Shown: positions 17,989 to 27,489 of the stretch, in pieces
Numbering within the stretch: the stretch's first letter is position 1
How the letters are laid out: every line of letters starts with the position of its first letter
Assembly (NCBI GenBank): GCA_963776315.1
Contig: CAVZMJ010000010.1
Span: 148,896-212,895, forward strand
Direction: 5' to 3'
Source of the DNA: an uncultured Acidobacteriota bacterium
GTDB taxonomy: Bacteria > Acidobacteriota > Vicinamibacteria > Vicinamibacterales > 2-12-FULL-66-21
Length of the DNA stretch: 64,000 nucleotides
Made by a program: the position numbers and the translations under genes
The notes under the pieces: model-generated
The model's input: only the letters and a program-made list of their open reading frames with translations
Database searches by the model: none
What the model was told of the DNA's origin: nothing

Positions 17989-19635
17989 ATGGCTCAATTC
18001 GATCTTCACGAAACGGCATTTCCCACACTCTCGGAGGCGCAGATCGCCCAGCTCGGCAGCTGCACGGCCGCCTCGCTGTCGCGCTATGCCGCCGGCGACG
18101 TGCTCGTGCATTTCGGCGACCGCGACTTCAAGTTCTTCGTCGTCCGCTCGGGCGAGATCGAGATCCTCGACCAGACGGGAGACAGGCCGAAGACCATTGC
18201 CGTGCACAGTCGAGGCGAGTTCACCGGCGACGTCTCGCACCTGACCGGCACGCCGGCGATTTTCACTGCCGTGGCGTTGAGCGACTGCGAGGTCTACGCG
18301 ATCGCCGGCGACATGCTCAAGCAGGTCATCAATCAGTGTCCCGATCTCGGCGACATCATCCTGCGCGCGTTCATGGCACGCCGTCAGCTCGTGCGCGAAT
18401 CGGGCACGTTCACGGGCCTGCGCGTGATCGGCTCCCGCTATTCGCCCGACACCTTCCGCATCCGTGATTTCCTCGCCAAGAATCTCGTCCTCTTCACGTG
18501 GACCGACCTCGAGGCGAATCCGGACGTCGATCAGCTGCTGAAGCACTTTGGCGTCACCGAAGCGGAGACGCCAATCGTCGTGTGCCCGGAGCACATGCTG
18601 CGCAACCCGTCCAACAGAGACCTGGCGGACGCGGTCGGCATTCTGAAGACCTTCGAACGCACCGTGTACGACCTCGCCGTCGTCGGCGCCGGTCCGGCCG
18701 GTCTGGCCGCGGCGGTCTACGGCGCCTCCGAAGGTCTCAACACCGTCGTGCTCGAGCGCACGGCGCCGGGGGGGCAGGCCGGCAGCAGCATGCGGATTGA
18801 GAACTATCTCGGCTTTCCCACCGGGCTGACCGGCAGCGAGCTCGCCGAGCGCGCCGTCCTGCAGGCGAACAAGTTCGGAGCCGTGCTCTCGATTCCCGCT
18901 CCGGTGACGGGAGTCACGTTCAACGGCGGCTACTCGGTGATCGCGCTCGAGGGTGGAGAATCGCTCGTCACCAAGTGCCTGCTGGTCGCAACCGGCGCCG
19001 ACTACCGCCGCCTGGAAGTCGAGGGCTGCGCGCAATTCGAAGGCAGCGGCGTGTTCTATGCCGCGACGCCCAACGAGGTGCAGCAATGCCGAGGCGCGAA
19101 CGTCGTCGTGGTCGGCGGCGGCAACTCGGCCGGGCAAGCGGCAGTGTTCCTCGCCGGGCAGGCGAAGCAGGTCTACATCCTGATTCGCGGCGGTGATCTG
19201 TACAAGCAGATGTCGACGTATCTCGCACGACGAATCGAACAGACACAGAACATCGAAGTGCTGCTCAACACGTCCGTTGAGCGCATGCTCGGCAACGGAT
19301 CGCTGGCGACGGTCGAGGTCGTCAACAGGAAGACCGGTGATACACGCGCGCTGCACGTCGCGGCACTCTTCAGCTTTATCGGCGCCGTGCCGCGCACCGA
19401 ATGGCTTCCCGGCGACATCGAAACAGACGCCAGGGGATTCGTTCGCACCGGGCCGGCCGTCGAAAGACTTTCGGAGGGTGTGACCAAGCGCCAGCCCTTT
19501 CTCCTCGAGACGAGCCGGCGCGGTGTGTTCGCCGCCGGCGACGTGCGCGCCAGCTCGGTCAAGCGCGTGGCGTCGGCGGTGGGCGAGGGATCGATGGCGA
19601 TCCAGTTCGTGCACGAATACCTCAAAGAGATGTGA
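17989..19635 (+). CDS. Cyclic-nucleotide-binding domain fused to thioredoxin-reductase-like FAD oxidoreductase
   Basis: N-terminal cNMP-binding fold (FFVVRSGEIEILD...GEFTGDVSHLTG), then YDLAVVGAGPAGLAAAVYGASEGL, VVVVGGGNSAGQAA and GVFAAGDVR. Confidence 0.85.
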   Translation: MAQFDLHETAFPTLSEAQIAQLGSCTAASLSRYAAGDVLVHFGDRDFKFFVVRSGEIEILDQTGDRPKTIAVHSRGEFTGDVSHLTGTPAIFTAVALSDCEVYAIAGDMLKQVINQCPDLGDIILRAFMARRQLVRESGTFTGLRVIGSRYSPDTFRIRDFLAKNLVLFTWTDLEANPDVDQLLKHFGVTEAETPIVVCPEHMLRNPSNRDLADAVGILKTFERTVYDLAVVGAGPAGLAAAVYGASEGLNTVVLERTAPGGQAGSSMRIENYLGFPTGLTGSELAERAVLQANKFGAVLSIPAPVTGVTFNGGYSVIALEGGESLVTKCLLVATGADYRRLEVEGCAQFEGSGVFYAATPNEVQQCRGANVVVVGGGNSAGQAAVFLAGQAKQVYILIRGGDLYKQMSTYLARRIEQTQNIEVLLNTSVERMLGNGSLATVEVVNRKTGDTRALHVAALFSFIGAVPRTEWLPGDIETDARGFVRTGPAVERLSEGVTKRQPFLLETSRRGVFAAGDVRASSVKRVASAVGEGSMAIQFVHEYLKEM

Positions 19636-20336
19636 CCGACCCCGTCCTCCTCGCGTTCGTCGTGATCCCCGTGGCGCTGGCCACGGCCCTGGCGTGGGGC
19701 GCGGCGGTGTCCTGGCGCCGTGCCGGCGCTGATCCATCGGCCGCGCGCCGCGCCGGCGTCCTGACGCTGGTCGCATCCGCCGTCTGGATGGCGGGCACGT
19801 GGCTCGCGGCGGCGAGCGGCGTTCTCGCCAATTTCGAACGAACGCCTCCGCCATTTGCGCTTCTCGTTCTCGCCATCCTCGTCCTCGCCTGCCTACTCGC
19901 GTTCAGCAAACTGGGTACGAGGCTGTCCACCTGCCTTCCGCTGTGGGTGCTTGTGGCGGTGCAGGGATTCCGGCTGCCGCTCGAGCTTGCCATGCACGCG
20001 ATGTACGAACGCGGCGTCATGCCCGTTCAGATGAGCTACTCCGGCCGCAATTTCGACATCGTGACCGGCGGGACCGCCATCGCGGTCGCGCTGCTCGTGC
20101 GATCAGGACGCGCCGGCCGCGGGCTGGTTGCTGCCTGGAACGTCATCGGACTGGCGCTCCTCGCCAACGTCGTCACGGTCGCGATCCTCGGCACGCCCCG
20201 GTTTCAGTATTTTGGTCCCGAGCACCTCAACGTCTGGGTGACGCATCCGCCGTTCGTGTGGCTGCCGGCAGTCATGGTGCTCGCGGCGCTCGCCGGACAT
20301 CTGGTGATCTTCAGAGCCCTGGTCGAGCCGCGATGA
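19632..20336 (+). CDS. Integral membrane protein, hypothetical
   Basis: GTG at 19632 overlaps the upstream TGA. About six hydrophobic segments. The upstream part of track ORF 19401 is an overlap artefact. Confidence 0.55.
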   Translation: MTDPVLLAFVVIPVALATALAWGAAVSWRRAGADPSAARRAGVLTLVASAVWMAGTWLAAASGVLANFERTPPPFALLVLAILVLACLLAFSKLGTRLSTCLPLWVLVAVQGFRLPLELAMHAMYERGVMPVQMSYSGRNFDIVTGGTAIAVALLVRSGRAGRGLVAAWNVIGLALLANVVTVAILGTPRFQYFGPEHLNVWVTHPPFVWLPAVMVLAALAGHLVIFRALVEPR

Positions 20337-20420
20337 GGGCGAACACCGCCTGATCAATGAGATCCGCGTGATCCGCGTCCCGTGAGACGCTCGACAGTAA
20401 TCGGCGTCCGTTAGAGCGTT

Positions 20421-21918
20421 TCACCGATCGGCGTTCACCCATGTCGTCAGGCGCTGCGCCAGATACGGGAAGAACGGGTTCGATGTCACGCGCATCAACA
20501 CGTCGACGGGCACGGTCAGCACCGCGCGTTCGCCGCGCGGGCTGAGCAGTCCGAGCGCGACGGGCCCGCTCGGCGATTCCCGGGCCATGTTTCCGTAGAC
20601 GGGATCGTCTTCGGGAAACGGCAGCGCGACGTGCGAGAGCGAGAACGTGTCCCGCGGCCAGGCCAGGCCGAGCGTCTCGTCGACGGGCGTCGTCGAGCCC
20701 GGCGCCACATCGCGAGCGGCCACGTCGAGCGTGTCGGTGCGCGCGTTGGTCACGACCGTGATGCGATAGTTTCGCGCCCGCCTCTCGAAGAGCGTCGAGA
20801 TCAGCCTCTGATCCTCGGGCCGGATGAACTGGTCGAGCCTCGCGTGGCGGTTGATATCGAAGAGGACGAGAGCGCTGCCGTTCTGCGGCAGGCGATCGTA
20901 GAGGTTGGCCACGATCGCCGGCGTGCTGACGGTGGCGTCGACCAGGGACTGGAACGTCAGCACCGGAGGAAACGCGCTGAGCCGTCCGGCGGTTTCCAGC
21001 CGTGTGAGTCGCCGTTGCACATCGGTCGTGAGGTCGTACGTCTGCCGCCCGGCGTTGGCCGGGAACGAGTTGTACTTGAACGGGTTGTATTCGGGAATCA
21101 CGTCGAGCCAGCGCGCCTTCTCGAAGTAGGGAATGGGGCCGAGCGCGCTGATCACGCTCGCCAGGCGCGCCATCGGCGAGATGCCGATCATGGGCGAGAC
21201 GAGCATCAGGCGATCGGGACGGGGAAGCGACGAGTCCTCGAGGGCCTCGAGTGTGTAGCGCGTCACGAGCGCGCCGCCGTTCGAGTACCCGACGAGCACG
21301 AGCGGCAGGCCGGCCCCAATCCGTGACCGCACGTGGCGGACGCCCAGTCTGACGGCCGCATTCCAGTCGTCGGCTCCACTCTTCACGAGTCCCGCGGGCA
21401 CCGTGCCGTGCCCGGGCATCCGCAGCGCGAGTGAATAGTAGCCGTCAGCGCGGAGCTGCTCCGCGATCGCCCGCATGGAGTACCGGCGAATCCGTGAGGC
21501 CATGGATCAGAAGGGCGCCGCCCTTGAGCGTTTCCGGCTCGACCTCGTACGTCCGGTTGTAATCGCGATCGAGCCTTGACGGACTCGATCGGCTGGCCCG
21601 GACGTAGCGATTCACGGCGAAACTGCCGATCGGAGCAATCGCATCCTCGACCCCGGTCCGCACCTCGTCGAAGACCTGCTGTTCCCGCTTGAGGTAATCG
21701 GCCAGCGTGAACCGTTCGTCCATGTCAGCGGCGCGCAGTTCGCTCGGCGGCGCGTTCCTGTGCCACACCTGCAGATCGGCCAGGCGGAAACGCGCGTCGA
21801 CTGCCGCGCCGACGACAACCGTCGCGACGATGAGAAGGATGGCGAGTGAGAGCCAGATGGCCCACCGCAGCAGGCGGCGGGGCCAGGGTTTATGTGGTGC
21901 CGTCTCGATGCTGGTCAT
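20421..21918 (-). pseudogene. Alpha/beta hydrolase with N-terminal membrane anchor, one frameshift
   Basis: Track ORFs 21445..22002 and 20421..21503 join as ...GGALLIHGLTDSP|YSMRAIAEQLRADGYYSLALRMPGHG...GYSNGG. One extra base lies near 21486-21489 (tcgccGgtactcc on the coding strand). Confidence 0.7.
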
Positions 21919-21977
21919 GCGCGCAGTATATCCGGCCGCTTCGAAGTAGCATTGCTTCTCCAAGGAGCTCAGCAGAC

Positions 21978-22313
21978 ATGAACCGCAAGAGCCTGCCCGC
22001 ACTCGTCTTCGTGCTCGCGGCGGCCGGCATCGTCGCCACGCATGCCCGCCAGGATGCCAAAGCGGACGTAAAGAAGTGGGACGTCGCCGATCCCACCGGT
22101 CCTACGACGACGCTGGCCTTCGATACGAGCGAGGGCACGTGGATGAACGTCGACGTGAGCCCCGATGGCACGCAGGTGGTGTTCGACCTCCTGGGCGACA
22201 TCTATCTCGCGCCGATCGGCATGGTCATGATGAACGGCCGGCTGTACGACGGGAAGACGCTGGCCGAGATCGGTGCGACGAAACGGCCGGCGCCACGATT
22301 CTGGTGGGAGTGA
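21978..22313 (+). pseudogene. Internally deleted remnant of a large TolB-like beta-propeller/amidohydrolase protein
   Basis: 111 aa. The N-terminus KKWDVADPTGPTTTLAFDTSEGTWMNVDVSPDGTQVVFDLLGDIYLAPIG is joined directly to a C-terminal-type tail VMMNGRLYDGKTLAEIGATKRPAPRFWWE. Full-length relatives as I remember them are about 1000 aa. Confidence 0.55.
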
Positions 22314-22324
22314 GGATGTAAGCA

Positions 22325-22655
22325 GCGGAAGAGAACGAATAAGACTCAACACGAAGGAACGAAGCGAACGAAGACGCACGAAGACAACGAGCTGGCTTGG
22401 GTCCCTCTGCCGCTGGTCGCACCGCGCTTCGCGCGGTAGGCAGGGCGTGAGGCCGACGGATCACAAGCACTTCATGAATTTTGCGCGTGCTTGCGATCCG
22501 TCGGCCTCGCGCCCTGCCGTGACGCCGGCCCAAGGGCCGGCGAGCGACCAGCTCGGTGCCCAGTGCCCCGAGGCATACCGGATCTCTCCGTGCGTCTCCG
22601 TTTGCTTCGGTCCTTCGTGTTGAAACCGTTGTCTCCGTCCTCTCCGTCGCCCTCC
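22325..22655. mobile_element. Miniature (RT-less) copy of the palindromic element at 27490-28826
   Basis: Same inverted arms (tcaacacgaaggaacgaagcgaacgaagacgcacgaaga vs its complement at about 22585-22630). Same three hairpins, including the long stem 22439-22470/22487-22518. Confidence 0.65.
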
Positions 22656-22675
22656 AAAGTCCTGGCCGCACGCGG

Positions 22676-23677
22676 CTATTGCACGCCCGGAAGCGTAAGC
22701 TGCGCGCGCAGGCCGCCGGCGGACGAACGGTCGAGCGCGATCGTGCCGCCATAGAGGTCGGCGAGATCGCGGACGATCGCCAGCCCGAAGCCCGATCCCG
22801 GCGCGGCCTCGTCGGCGCGCACGCCGCGTTGAATCACGACGTCCCGCATCGATGGATCGAGTCCTGGTCCATCGTCATCGACCGTAATCACGATCGATTG
22901 GGGTCCCGCCACTGATTCGATCGACACGCGCGTCCGGCCCCATTTGCAGGCGTTGTCGAGCAGGTTGCCCAGCATCTCGTCGAGGTCCTCGCGCTGGCAG
23001 CGGACCGAATGCGTTGCCGGCACGCGGACGTCGATAGCGAGCCCGCGGTCGGCGTGGAGCCGGAGCATCGTCCGCGCCAGTCCCTCCGCCGATTCCGCGA
23101 CCTGACATCGGGCACCGGGCGTTGCGCCGGAGGCGGCGGCGCGCGCGTGTGCCAGGTGCGATTCCACCTGGCGCCTCATCCGCTCCACCTGCTGACTGAC
23201 GGCCTGGGCGAGCTCGTGTTGACCGGCGGCGGCCGCGCGCTCGGCCTCCTGCGACAGGACGGCCAGCGGCGTCTTCAGGCCATGCGCGAGGTCGCCGGCT
23301 CTCGCGACGGCTCGCCTGACCGCCTGCTCGCGGTGGTCGAGCAGGGCGTTCAGATCGTTGACCAGCGGCTGCACCTCGGCGGGGTAGTTGCCTTCGACGA
23401 GGCGTTCCCGCCCCTGATGAACAGCGGCCAACCGCACGCGCAGGCGATCGACGGCCGACAATCCGCTCCGCACGTAAACGAGGCCCGCGATCAAGCAGAT
23501 CAACGCGAAGACAGACGTCGCCGTCACGTGGAGGAATATGCCGTGGAAGACCCTGGGCGCGGTGGGATGCCGATAAATGATCTGGGTCATGACGACGCCA
23601 GCCACGGCGAACAGCCCGACCGTCCACAACACGGCCCCAAGGAGCACGCGGGTGCGCAGCGTAAACGCTGGTGTCAT
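22676..23677 (-). CDS. Sensor histidine kinase (two TM, HAMP, HisKA, HATPase)
   Basis: H-box DLAHGLKTPLAVL; G-boxes DDDGPGL and GSGFGLAIV. The start overlaps the response-regulator stop (ATGA). Confidence 0.9.
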   Translation of the reverse strand: MTPAFTLRTRVLLGAVLWTVGLFAVAGVVMTQIIYRHPTAPRVFHGIFLHVTATSVFALICLIAGLVYVRSGLSAVDRLRVRLAAVHQGRERLVEGNYPAEVQPLVNDLNALLDHREQAVRRAVARAGDLAHGLKTPLAVLSQEAERAAAAGQHELAQAVSQQVERMRRQVESHLAHARAAASGATPGARCQVAESAEGLARTMLRLHADRGLAIDVRVPATHSVRCQREDLDEMLGNLLDNACKWGRTRVSIESVAGPQSIVITVDDDGPGLDPSMRDVVIQRGVRADEAAPGSGFGLAIVRDLADLYGGTIALDRSSAGGLRAQLTLPGVQ

Positions 23678-24339
23678 GGGCCGTCCTGCGCGATCCGATA
23701 GCCCATCCCTCGCACTGTTTCGATGAACGACGGGCCCAGTTTGCGCCGCAGGCGCGCGATGAATACTTCCACCGTGTTCGAGTCCCGGTCGAAGCCCTGC
23801 GAGTAGATGTGCTCGGTCAGCTCGCCCTGCGAGACGAGGCGCCCGCGGTGGTGCATCAGGTAGGACAGCACGCGGAACTCGTGGCTCGTCAGCTTCACCG
23901 GCGTGCCGTTGCGGGTGACGCGCGCGGCACGCGGATCGAGCGCGACGGCGCCACAGCGAAGCTCGGGCGCAAACTGTCCGCTGGCGCGGCGGATGAGAGC
24001 GCGCAGGCGTGCCAGGACTTCCTCCATCCGGAACGGCTTCGCCACATAGTCGTCCGCGCCGCCGTCGATCCCCTGCACCTTCTCGTGCCAGCTTCCACGC
24101 GCCGTCAGGAGCAGTACGGGTATCGCCAGGCCCTCTTCACGCCATCTCCTCAGCACCGTCAGCCCATCCACTTTTGGCAGGCCGAGGTCGAGCACCACCG
24201 CGTCGTACCGTTCGGTCCTCCCGAGAAAGTCGGCTCGCTCGCCGTCGGCGGCGCAGTCGACCGCGTACCCGGCCTCGCCGAGCGCGGCTGCGAGCTGCCG
24301 CAACAGCTGCGCTTCATCTTCGACGACCAGGACTCGCAC
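23674..24339 (-). CDS. OmpR/PhoB-family response regulator
   Basis: VRVLVVEDEAQLL...VVLDLGLPKVDG...ADDYVAKPF plus a winged helix. The GTG at 24339 is preferred; the longest ORF extends to 24387. Confidence 0.9.
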   Translation of the reverse strand: MRVLVVEDEAQLLRQLAAALGEAGYAVDCAADGERADFLGRTERYDAVVLDLGLPKVDGLTVLRRWREEGLAIPVLLLTARGSWHEKVQGIDGGADDYVAKPFRMEEVLARLRALIRRASGQFAPELRCGAVALDPRAARVTRNGTPVKLTSHEFRVLSYLMHHRGRLVSQGELTEHIYSQGFDRDSNTVEVFIARLRRKLGPSFIETVRGMGYRIAQDGP

Positions 24340-24460
24340 CAGACCGTTATAGCCCAACCGAACCTGAACGGCACCTGAACGCCGCATTCACGCGCCATTC
24401 AGGGCCCCTTGGATACGCTCTCCCGGTCTAAACCACTCGAGACGACTCGAAACCACGCCC

Positions 24461-24586
24461 ATGACCAAGCGAACGCTCCTCATCGTCCTCGTCGCCGCCG
24501 CGCTGCTCGTCGTTGCCGCCATCGCGCTGCGAGGACACGGCGACGGCGCCCTGACGGACTGGTTCCAGCGGATCCATGGGCATTGA
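24461..24586 (+). CDS. Small membrane peptide (41 aa), hypothetical
   Basis: Own translation MTKRTLLIVLVAAALLVVAAIALRGHGDGALTDWFQRIHGH. Directly precedes the next ORF and is divergent from the two-component genes. Confidence 0.35.
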   Translation: MTKRTLLIVLVAAALLVVAAIALRGHGDGALTDWFQRIHGH

Positions 24587-24596
24587 GGAGAGATCG

Positions 24597-25013
24597 ATGA
24601 CGACCAGAACCGTCGCGTTGCTGACCTCGATCGCGCTGTCGGGTTTCGTACAGGCCAGTGAAGCCCGTGCTGTGACCACTGTTCAAGAGAAGAAGGCCGA
24701 CCAGAAAGCCGCGCCGGGCGTGGCCGGCCGCTGGGCGATGTTCGTCAAGGGTGGACCCCACGGCGACATGACGATGGGCCTGGAGCTGGCGCAGGAGGGC
24801 AAGAAAGTCAGCGGCACGTTTGCCACCCCGCACGGTGACATCAAGGTCGAGGGCGAATTCGTTGAAGCCAAGCTGACCATCGCTACTCCAATCGGTACCG
24901 AAACGCAGATCAGCCTGACCGCGAAGCTGAAGGACAACGGCACGCTCGAGGGATACCTCTCGAGCCAGATGGGCGACATGACCTGGACCGCCAGCCGCTC
25001 GATCGGCAAGTAG
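24597..25013 (+). CDS. Secreted small protein, hypothetical
   Basis: GGAGAG precedes the ATG at 24597. Signal peptide MTTRTVALLTSIALSGFVQASEA and protein-like composition. Confidence 0.6.
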   Translation: MTTRTVALLTSIALSGFVQASEARAVTTVQEKKADQKAAPGVAGRWAMFVKGGPHGDMTMGLELAQEGKKVSGTFATPHGDIKVEGEFVEAKLTIATPIGTETQISLTAKLKDNGTLEGYLSSQMGDMTWTASRSIGK

Positions 25014-25050
25014 CGTCGAGCGCCGGGCAGGGACACGACGCGAGGCCCCA

Positions 25051-27472
25051 TTGCAGTGGATTGAGTCGGCAGGCCGCGACGTGCGGCACGCGTGCCGCAT
25101 GGTCGCCCGGATGCCTGTCCTTGCGATGGTCGTCATCCTCTCGCTCGGCGTTGGCATCGGCGTCAACGTCGTCATCTTCTCGTGGATTCAAGCCGTCGTC
25201 TTTCAGCCGATTCCCGGCGTCGCCGACGCCGCGAGCTTTCACCTCGTCGAGCCGCGCACCGAGACGGGCATGAATCCGGGCACGTCCTGGCTCGAGTACC
25301 GCGATCTGCGGGAGCGCTTGCAGACGTTCCGCGATCTGCTGGCGTTTCGGATGACGCCGCTCTACGTCGGCGAGTCGGGACAGGTGGAGCGGGCGTACGG
25401 GCTGCTCGTCTCCGGCAACTACTTCACGGCCCTCGGTCTGCAGCCGGTTCGAGGCCGCTTCTTCCGTCTCGACGAGGCCGCCACTCCCGGCGGCGAACCG
25501 GTGGCGGTGATCTCTGCACGAGTACTGGCAGAGTCACCTCGCTGGTGCGCCGACGGCGGTGGGACAGAGGATTCGGGTCAACGGCCGCGACATCACCGTC
25601 GTCGGCGTCGCGCCGCAGGGGTTCCAGGGCACGGTACTGCGGCTGAAGTTCGATCTGTGGTTGCCGGCCACCATGGCGCAGGCGCTGCTCAACGGATCGC
25701 GAGAGCTCGACGAGCGTGGTGCCCGCGGCTATACAGCCACGGGCCTTCTCCGGCCTGGGACGACGCGCGAGCAGGCGCAGAGCGATGTGGACGGAGTGAT
25801 GCGGCAGTTGTCGCAGCAGTATCCCGAGACGAACGCCACCATGCAGGCCGAGGTGTTGCCGTTCTGGCAGTTCTCGCGCGGGCCGCAGCGTTTCCTGGTA
25901 ACGGCGCTCGCGTTTCTGCAGGCCATCATGCTGCTGCTCCTGGTCGCGGTGTGCGGCAACACGGCGAACCTCATGCTGGCGCGCGCCAGCGCCCGTCAGC
26001 GTGAGATGGGCATGCGGCTGGCGCTCGGCGCCGGACCCTGGCGTATCGTGCGCCTGCTGCTGGCGGAGAACCTGATGCTCGCGCTCGCCGGCGCGGCGCT
26101 GGGCATCGCGATCGGCGTCTGGGGAACGCGCGCACTGTCCGCGGTACCGCTGACGATCGGCTTGCCGATCAATTTCGAGACGCACGTCGACCTGGGCGGG
26201 CTCCTGTTCGCGGCGTCGCTCGGCCTCGCGTGCGGCGCGATCTTCGGGGCCGCCCCGGCATTTCATCTTGCACACCTGGACCCGCAGGTCGCGTTCCGCG
26301 CCGGCGCGTCGCCCGCTGGCCGCAGCCGGTTGCGCAACAGCCTCATGGCCGTCCAGGTGGCGCTGGCACTGATGGTGCTCGTGGCGGCAGGCCTTTTTCT
26401 CCGCAGCTTCCTCGAGACGCGCGACACCGACCCGGGCTTCCGCCGTGAAGGTGTGCTGCTCGCGGCCTACGATCTCACCGGCCGAAATGCTGACGATGGG
26501 TTTGCCCGCACGTTTGCCAGCCGGCTTCTCGACCGGCTGCGGGCATTGCCGTCGGTCGACGGCGTCGCCATTGCGTCGTCCATTCCGCTCGACATTCACG
26601 GACTGCCGTCCCGCGTCTTCAGCGTCGACGGCTGGGTGCGCGCGGCGTCGGGGTTCGATCAGGCGCTCGCGAACACGGTCACGCCAGGCTACTTCGCTGT
26701 GATGGACATTCCGCTCCTCGCGGGGAAGGATTTTGCCGACCTGCGCGACACGTCGACGCCTCCACAAGTCATCGTCAACGAGGCGTTCGTGCGGCGCTAT
26801 CTCGCCCGCCTCGAGCCGCTCGGCCGGCGCCTGCAGGCGCGCGGCCGGTCGTACGTGATTGCCGGCGTTGCCCGCAACTCGCTCTACAACGCCTTCGGCG
26901 AGCCGCCGACGCCCATCATCTACTTCTCGTACCGCGACGGCCCCACGCGCGTGGGAGAGATACACTTACGCACAAGGGCCGGAAGCGAGACGGCAGTCGC
27001 GTCAGCCGTGCGCAACACCGTGCGCGAGCTCGATCCCGAGCTGCCGGTCTACAACGTCAGGACGCTGACGGCCCACGTCGAGACCAGCCTGCTTTTCCGG
27101 CGCATTCCTGCGCGGATGTTCGCCGTCCTCGGGCCCATGCTCCTCGTGCTGGCAGCGATCGGGATCTACGCCGTCGTGTCCTACACCGTGTCGCAACGGA
27201 CGACCGAGATCGGCGTGCGCCTCGCGCTCGGCGCGACGCCACAGGGCGTCGTCGCCCAGTTCGCGCGCGAGAGCCTGTTCGTCATCAGTGTCGGCGCGCT
27301 GGCCGGCTGGGCGATCGCCTTGAGCGCGCTCATCGTCCTTCGGGGCCCGATGGACGTCGCGATTCTTGCCGGCGTGCCGGCACTCCTGATGACGGTGGCG
27401 GCCAGCGCCTGCTGGCTGTCAGCGCGTCGTGCCGCACGCTGCGATCCGATGGCCGCGCTGCGCCAGCAGTAG
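25051..27472 (+). pseudogene. ADOP family duplicated permease, one frameshift
   Basis: ORF 25051..26004 is genuine to ...GGEPVAVIS. The sequence continues in the frame of ORF 25559..27472 as HEYWQSHLAGAPTAVGQRIRVNGRDITVVGV. One extra base at about 25516 (atc tct G cac gag). Confidence 0.8.
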
Positions 27473-27489
27473 AGTTGCCGGAGGGGACG

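Noticed and set aside
17896-19854. 652 aa minus-strand ORF
   Set aside because: Antisense to the well-supported cNMP-binding/thioredoxin-reductase-like gene. Arg/His/Gly-rich composition typical of spurious high-GC antisense ORFs.
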